Positions 59,901-64,000 of a DNA stretch of 64,000 bases are shown here, piece after piece (positions within the stretch are counted from its first letter, which is position 1; every line of letters starts with the position of its first letter). Location: assembly GCF_032444005.1 (NCBI RefSeq), contig NC_091282.1:273420001-273484000 (forward strand), read 5' to 3'. Origin of the DNA: Ranitomeya imitator (lineage: Eukaryota). Under the pieces are notes generated by a model. The model made no database searches. It had not been told where the DNA came from and saw nothing but the letters and a program-made list of their open reading frames with translations. The position numbers and the translations under genes are program-made.

Positions 59901-62104
59901 TTCCGATCACTCCACTATTTTACCTCACTCCTCTCATTTTGCACTCACACCTTTTCATTTTCACCTCACACCCCTCATTTTCACCTCACACCTCTCATTT
60001 TCCCCTCAGTATATACATGTTTGTCATCTCCCTTATATATAGTGAGTTTTGCGCGTGGCGAGTTTTATGTGTGGTGCGTTTTAAGTATGTGCAAGTTTTG
60101 TGTGAGGCAACTTTTGCATGTGTTGCAACTTTTGTGCATGTGGCAATTTTTCCGCGTGTGGCGAGTTTTCCATGAGGTGAGTTTTGCACGTGTGGCGAGT
60201 TTTACGTGAGCCTAGTTTTGCATGTGGCGAGTTTTGCGCGTGGCGAGTTTTGAGCGGCGACTTTTGTGTTTTGACTTTTATGTGGCGAGGTTGGTGTATA
60301 TGTGGTGAAATGTGCGCTGAGGGTGGTATATGTGTTCAAGCACGTGGTAGTCTGTGGCGCATTTTGTGTGTGTGTTCATATCCCCGTGTGTGGTGAGTAT
60401 CCCATGTCGGGGCCCCACCTTAGCAACTGTACGGTATATACTCTTCGGCGCCATCGCTCTCATTCTTTAAGTCCCCCTTGTTCACATCTGCCTCTCATTT
60501 TCCCCCTCACATCTTTCATTTTCCCCCTCACATCTCTCATTTTCTCCCTCACACCTCTCATTTTCCCCCTCACTCCTCTTATTTTCCCCCTCACTCCTCT
60601 CATTCCCCCCTAACTCCTCTCATTCCCCCCTAACACTTGTCATTTCGACCTCACATCTGTCATTTTCCGATCACTCCACTATTTTCCCTCACTTCTCTCA
60701 TTTTGCCCTCACACCTTTTCATTTTCACTTCACACCTCTCATTTTCACCTCACACCTCTCATTTTCCCCTCGTATATACCTGTATGTCATCTCCCCTGTA
60801 TATAGTATATACCTGTATGTCATCTCCATTGTAAATAGTATATACCTGCTGTATGTCATCTCCTCCTGTACATTGTATATACCTATGTGTCAACTCCTCC
60901 TGTATAGAGTATATACCTGTATGTCATCTCCATTGTAAATAGTATATACCTGCTGTATGTCATCTCCTCCTGTACATTGTATATACCTATGTGTCAACTC
61001 CTCCTGTATATAGTATATACCTGTATGTCATCTCTTCTGTATATAGTATATACCTGTATGTCATCTCCTCCTATATATAGTGTATACCTGTATGTCATCT
61101 CCTCTTAAATATAGTACTAGCTGAAGAGCCCGGCGTTGCCTGGGCATAGTAAATATCTGTGGTTAGTTATAGCACCTCACTTCTCTTATTTTCCCATCAC
61201 GCCTCTCATTTTCCCCCTCACATCTCTAATTTTCTCCCTTACACCTCTCATTTTCCCCCTCACTCCTCTTATTTTCCCCCTCACTCCTCTCATTCCCCCC
61301 TAACACTTGTCATTTCGACCTCACATCTGTCATTTTCCGATCACTCCACTATTTTACCTCACTCCTCTCATTTTGCACTCACACCTTTTCATTTTCACCT
61401 CACACCCCTCATTTTCACCTCACACCTCTCATTTTCCCCTCAGTATATACATGTTTGTCATCTCCCTTATATATAGTGAGTTTTGCGCGTGGCAAGTTTT
61501 ATGTGTGGTGCGTTTTAAGTATGTGCAAGTTTTGTGTGAGGCAACTTTTGCATGTGTTGCAACTTTTGTACACGTGGCAATTTTTCCGCGTGTCGCGAGT
61601 TTTCCATGAGGTGAGTTTTGCACGTGTGGCGAGTTTTGCGTGAACCTAGTTTTACATGTGGCGAGTTTTGCGCGTGGCGAGTTTTGAGCGGCGACTTTTG
61701 TGTTTCGACTTTTATGTGGCGAGGTTGGTGTATATGTGGTGAAATGTGCGCTGAGGGTGGTATATGTGTTCAAGCACGTGGTAGTCTGTGGCGCATTTTG
61801 TGTGTGTGTTCATATCCCCGTGTGTGGTGAGTTTCCCATGTCGGGGCCCCACCTTAGCAACTGTACGGTATATACTCTTCGGCGCCATCGCTCTCATTCT
61901 TTAAGTCCCCCTTGTTCACATCTGGCAGCTGTTAATTTGCCTCCAACACTTTTCCTTTCACTTTTTCCCCATTATGTAGATAGGGGCAAAATTGTTTGGT
62001 GAACTGGAACGCGCGGGGTTAAACTTTCATGTCACAACATAGTATATGACACTGTCGGGGTCCAGACACGTGACTGTGCAAAATTTTATGGCTGTAGCTG
62101 CGAC
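56926..62104 (-). mobile_element. Cluster of Helitron-like elements with four 3' ends and a 1434-bp tandem array
   Basis: CTAGCTGAAGAGCCCGGCGTT.. (reverse complement of hairpin plus CTAG) at 56926, 58249, 59683 and 61117; spacings 1323, 1434, 1434; same modules as 1331-3332. Confidence 0.75.
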
Positions 62105-64000
62105 TAGAGTTGAGCGACCTTGACCTTTTTAGAGTCGAGCCGGGTTTTGCGAAACCCGACTATGTCCAAAGTCGGGTCGAGTGAAATCGGCCGATTATGA
62201 CGTAAAGTCGGGATCGACCGAAACACGAAACCCAATGCAAGTCAATGGGGCAGCATAGTCGGCAGTGAGTGGGGGCCAGGAAAACACCTAGAGTGCCCAT
62301 TTTAATGTCAAAACCATCCATTCTTCTTAATGAAGCTTGTCAAGCGTAATTTACCTTATAATAATTGGAAGGCATTTGAAATTGGGGGTCATTTGGCTAA
62401 AGTTGTGGGGGGTAGGGCTGGTTCAAGTAATTAGTGGGCCCAGGAAATCTGGACCACGTCACGGCAGTGGAGCAGGGAGAGGTAAGTATTTCAACTTTGC
62501 AAGTGCTGTGAACCTGAGCAAGCAGGGGGGGCCCACTCGTTGGCATTGGCACTGGCACAGGGCCCCTCAAAGTACAGCGGTGTGTTTGCACGGCGGGGGC
62601 GCCTCCCACCGGCAGCAACACTTTTGCGTACTATGAGAGGCCCTGTGCCAGTGACGTCGCCAACTAGTATTCCTCCCCCCACCTGATGAAGGAACCTGCA
62701 CTTTCATCTGCACCTTCCTCTTTGTCCCCGTGTAAGGTGGTATGGTATGCGGGAAGAGCAACCTGACTTTCAGCAGGGTCACAATGTTGTTGTGTAGCGT
62801 GCACGGGGAATGTTGCGTTATGGGTCAATGTACCAGCAGACTCATCTATCACTGGCTGGGCAATGGGCACGATGAAGTGGAAACACAGATATAGGCCCAA
62901 AGAAGAAAGTGGGCTAAATGCAGTTCAAAATTGGTAACACAGGAATAACCAGGGGGCATTTCAGTGGAGGACAACTGGAATGAGAGGCTGACACAGAGAG
63001 TAGGGCCAAATCAGTAAGTAGTCGAAATGCAGTTCAAAATTGGCAACCGTAGTAAACAGGCGGCACAGCTTTGTTCAGTGGAGGAGAACAGCAAGGAGTG
63101 GCAGACACCGATAGTAGGCCCCAACCCAACTAGTAGGCCAAATGCAGTCTAACATTAACAACTACTTAACGAGAGGCTGAAAATGGTATTTCAGGACAGG
63201 AAACCAGGAGAACAGCAAGGAGTGGCAGACACCGATAGTAGGCCCCAAACCAACTAGTACGCCAAATGCAGTTGTTCCATTTAACCACAATTTAATGAGA
63301 GCCTGAAGATAGAAGCTCAGGAAAGGCAACCTGGGGAACACCTTGGAGTGTAACACACCATCTCTCTCCACCCCATACCCATTTTGTAGGCCTAATGCTG
63401 TGTACTTTTCTACAACTACTAAACGAGAGTCGGAAGACCGAAGCAATGGCAAGGAAACCTGGGGAACACCTTGGAGTGTAACACACCATCTCTCTCCACC
63501 CCATACCCAATTTGTAGGCCTAATGCAGCCTACTTTCCGACACCTACTAAACGAGAGCATGAAGATCGAAGCTCAGGAAAGGCAACCTGGGGAACACCTT
63601 GGAGTGTAACACACCATCTCTCTCCACCCCATACCCATTTTTTAGGCCTAATGCAGTGTACTTTTCTACAACTACTAAACGAGAGTCGGAAGACCGAAGC
63701 AATGGCAAGGAAACCTGGGGAACACCTTGGAGTGTAACACACCATCTCTCTCCACCCCATACCCAATTTGTAGGCCTAATGCAGCCTACTTTCCGACACC
63801 TACTAAACGAGAGCATGAAGATCGAAGCTCAGGAAAGGCAACCTGGGGAACACCTTGGAGTGTAACACACCATCTCTCTCCACCCCATACCCATTTTGTA
63901 GGCCTAATGCTGTGTACTTTTCTACAACTACTAAACGAGAGTCGGAAGACCGAAGCAATGGCAAGGAAACCTGGGGAACACCTTGGAGTGTAACACACCA
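62105..64000. mobile_element. Large DNA element, possibly hAT superfamily, running off the window end
   Basis: Abrupt start TAGAGTTGAGCGA resembling hAT-type termini, interrupting the Helitron-like sequence; no second end or TSD in the window. Confidence 0.45.
63300..64000. repeat. 128-bp tandem repeat arranged as alternating A/B units (256-bp higher-order period)
   Basis: GGAGTGTAACACACC recurs every 128 bp (spurious ORFs at 63343, 63471, 63599, 63727); alternate units are near-identical. Confidence 0.93.

Noticed and set aside
56968-62002. Many repeated 60-125-aa ORFs rich in F/P/L/S/H
   Set aside because: Products of CT-rich and GGCGAG minisatellites in the Helitron-like array; they recur with the 1434-bp period.
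63292-63998. Regularly spaced repeats that might suggest a CRISPR array, and repeated 88-aa ORFs
   Set aside because: Units are contiguous 128-bp tandem copies with no unique spacers, the context is eukaryotic, and there are no cas genes.
53057-64000. Next expected ADGRD1 exon (human AWSTVVGLLYHSMHYYL-like)
   Set aside because: No matching translation with splice sites found; it probably lies beyond the window.

Overview
Vertebrate genomic DNA, most likely an anuran amphibian (inferred from the repeat families). The window lies inside one + strand gene, ADGRD1/GPR133 (adhesion GPCR D1). Seven GT-AG exons (5664-5894, 9883-10137, 18231-18289, 19405-19560, 22750-22809, 42004-42124, 52949-53056) splice into one open frame of 990 nt, covering the pentraxin-like domain and the start of the GAIN region. 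Identification rests on remembered similarity to human ADGRD1, not a database search. The introns are mostly transposons: two Tc1 DD34E elements with intact transposase ORFs; a triple nest of chromodomain Ty3/Gypsy (Tf1/sushi-type) retrotransposons (C contains B, B contains A); an internally deleted Gypsy (D); a solo LTR; CR1/L2/L1 fragments; Harbinger-, Kolobok/T2-, piggyBac-, pogo- and hAT-like non-autonomous elements; and Helitron-like minisatellite elements, one in a 1434-bp tandem array. The most striking signal is that four Gypsy families with different LTRs each carry a different primer-binding site. Each is complementary not to a tRNA but to a 10-11 nt stretch of its own LTR 28-30 nt downstream of a TATA-like box, a covarying signature of Tf1-type self-primed reverse transcription. 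Three insertions of the A/B LTR group also show 6-bp target duplications. No prokaryotic features, CRISPR arrays or structural RNA genes were seen.
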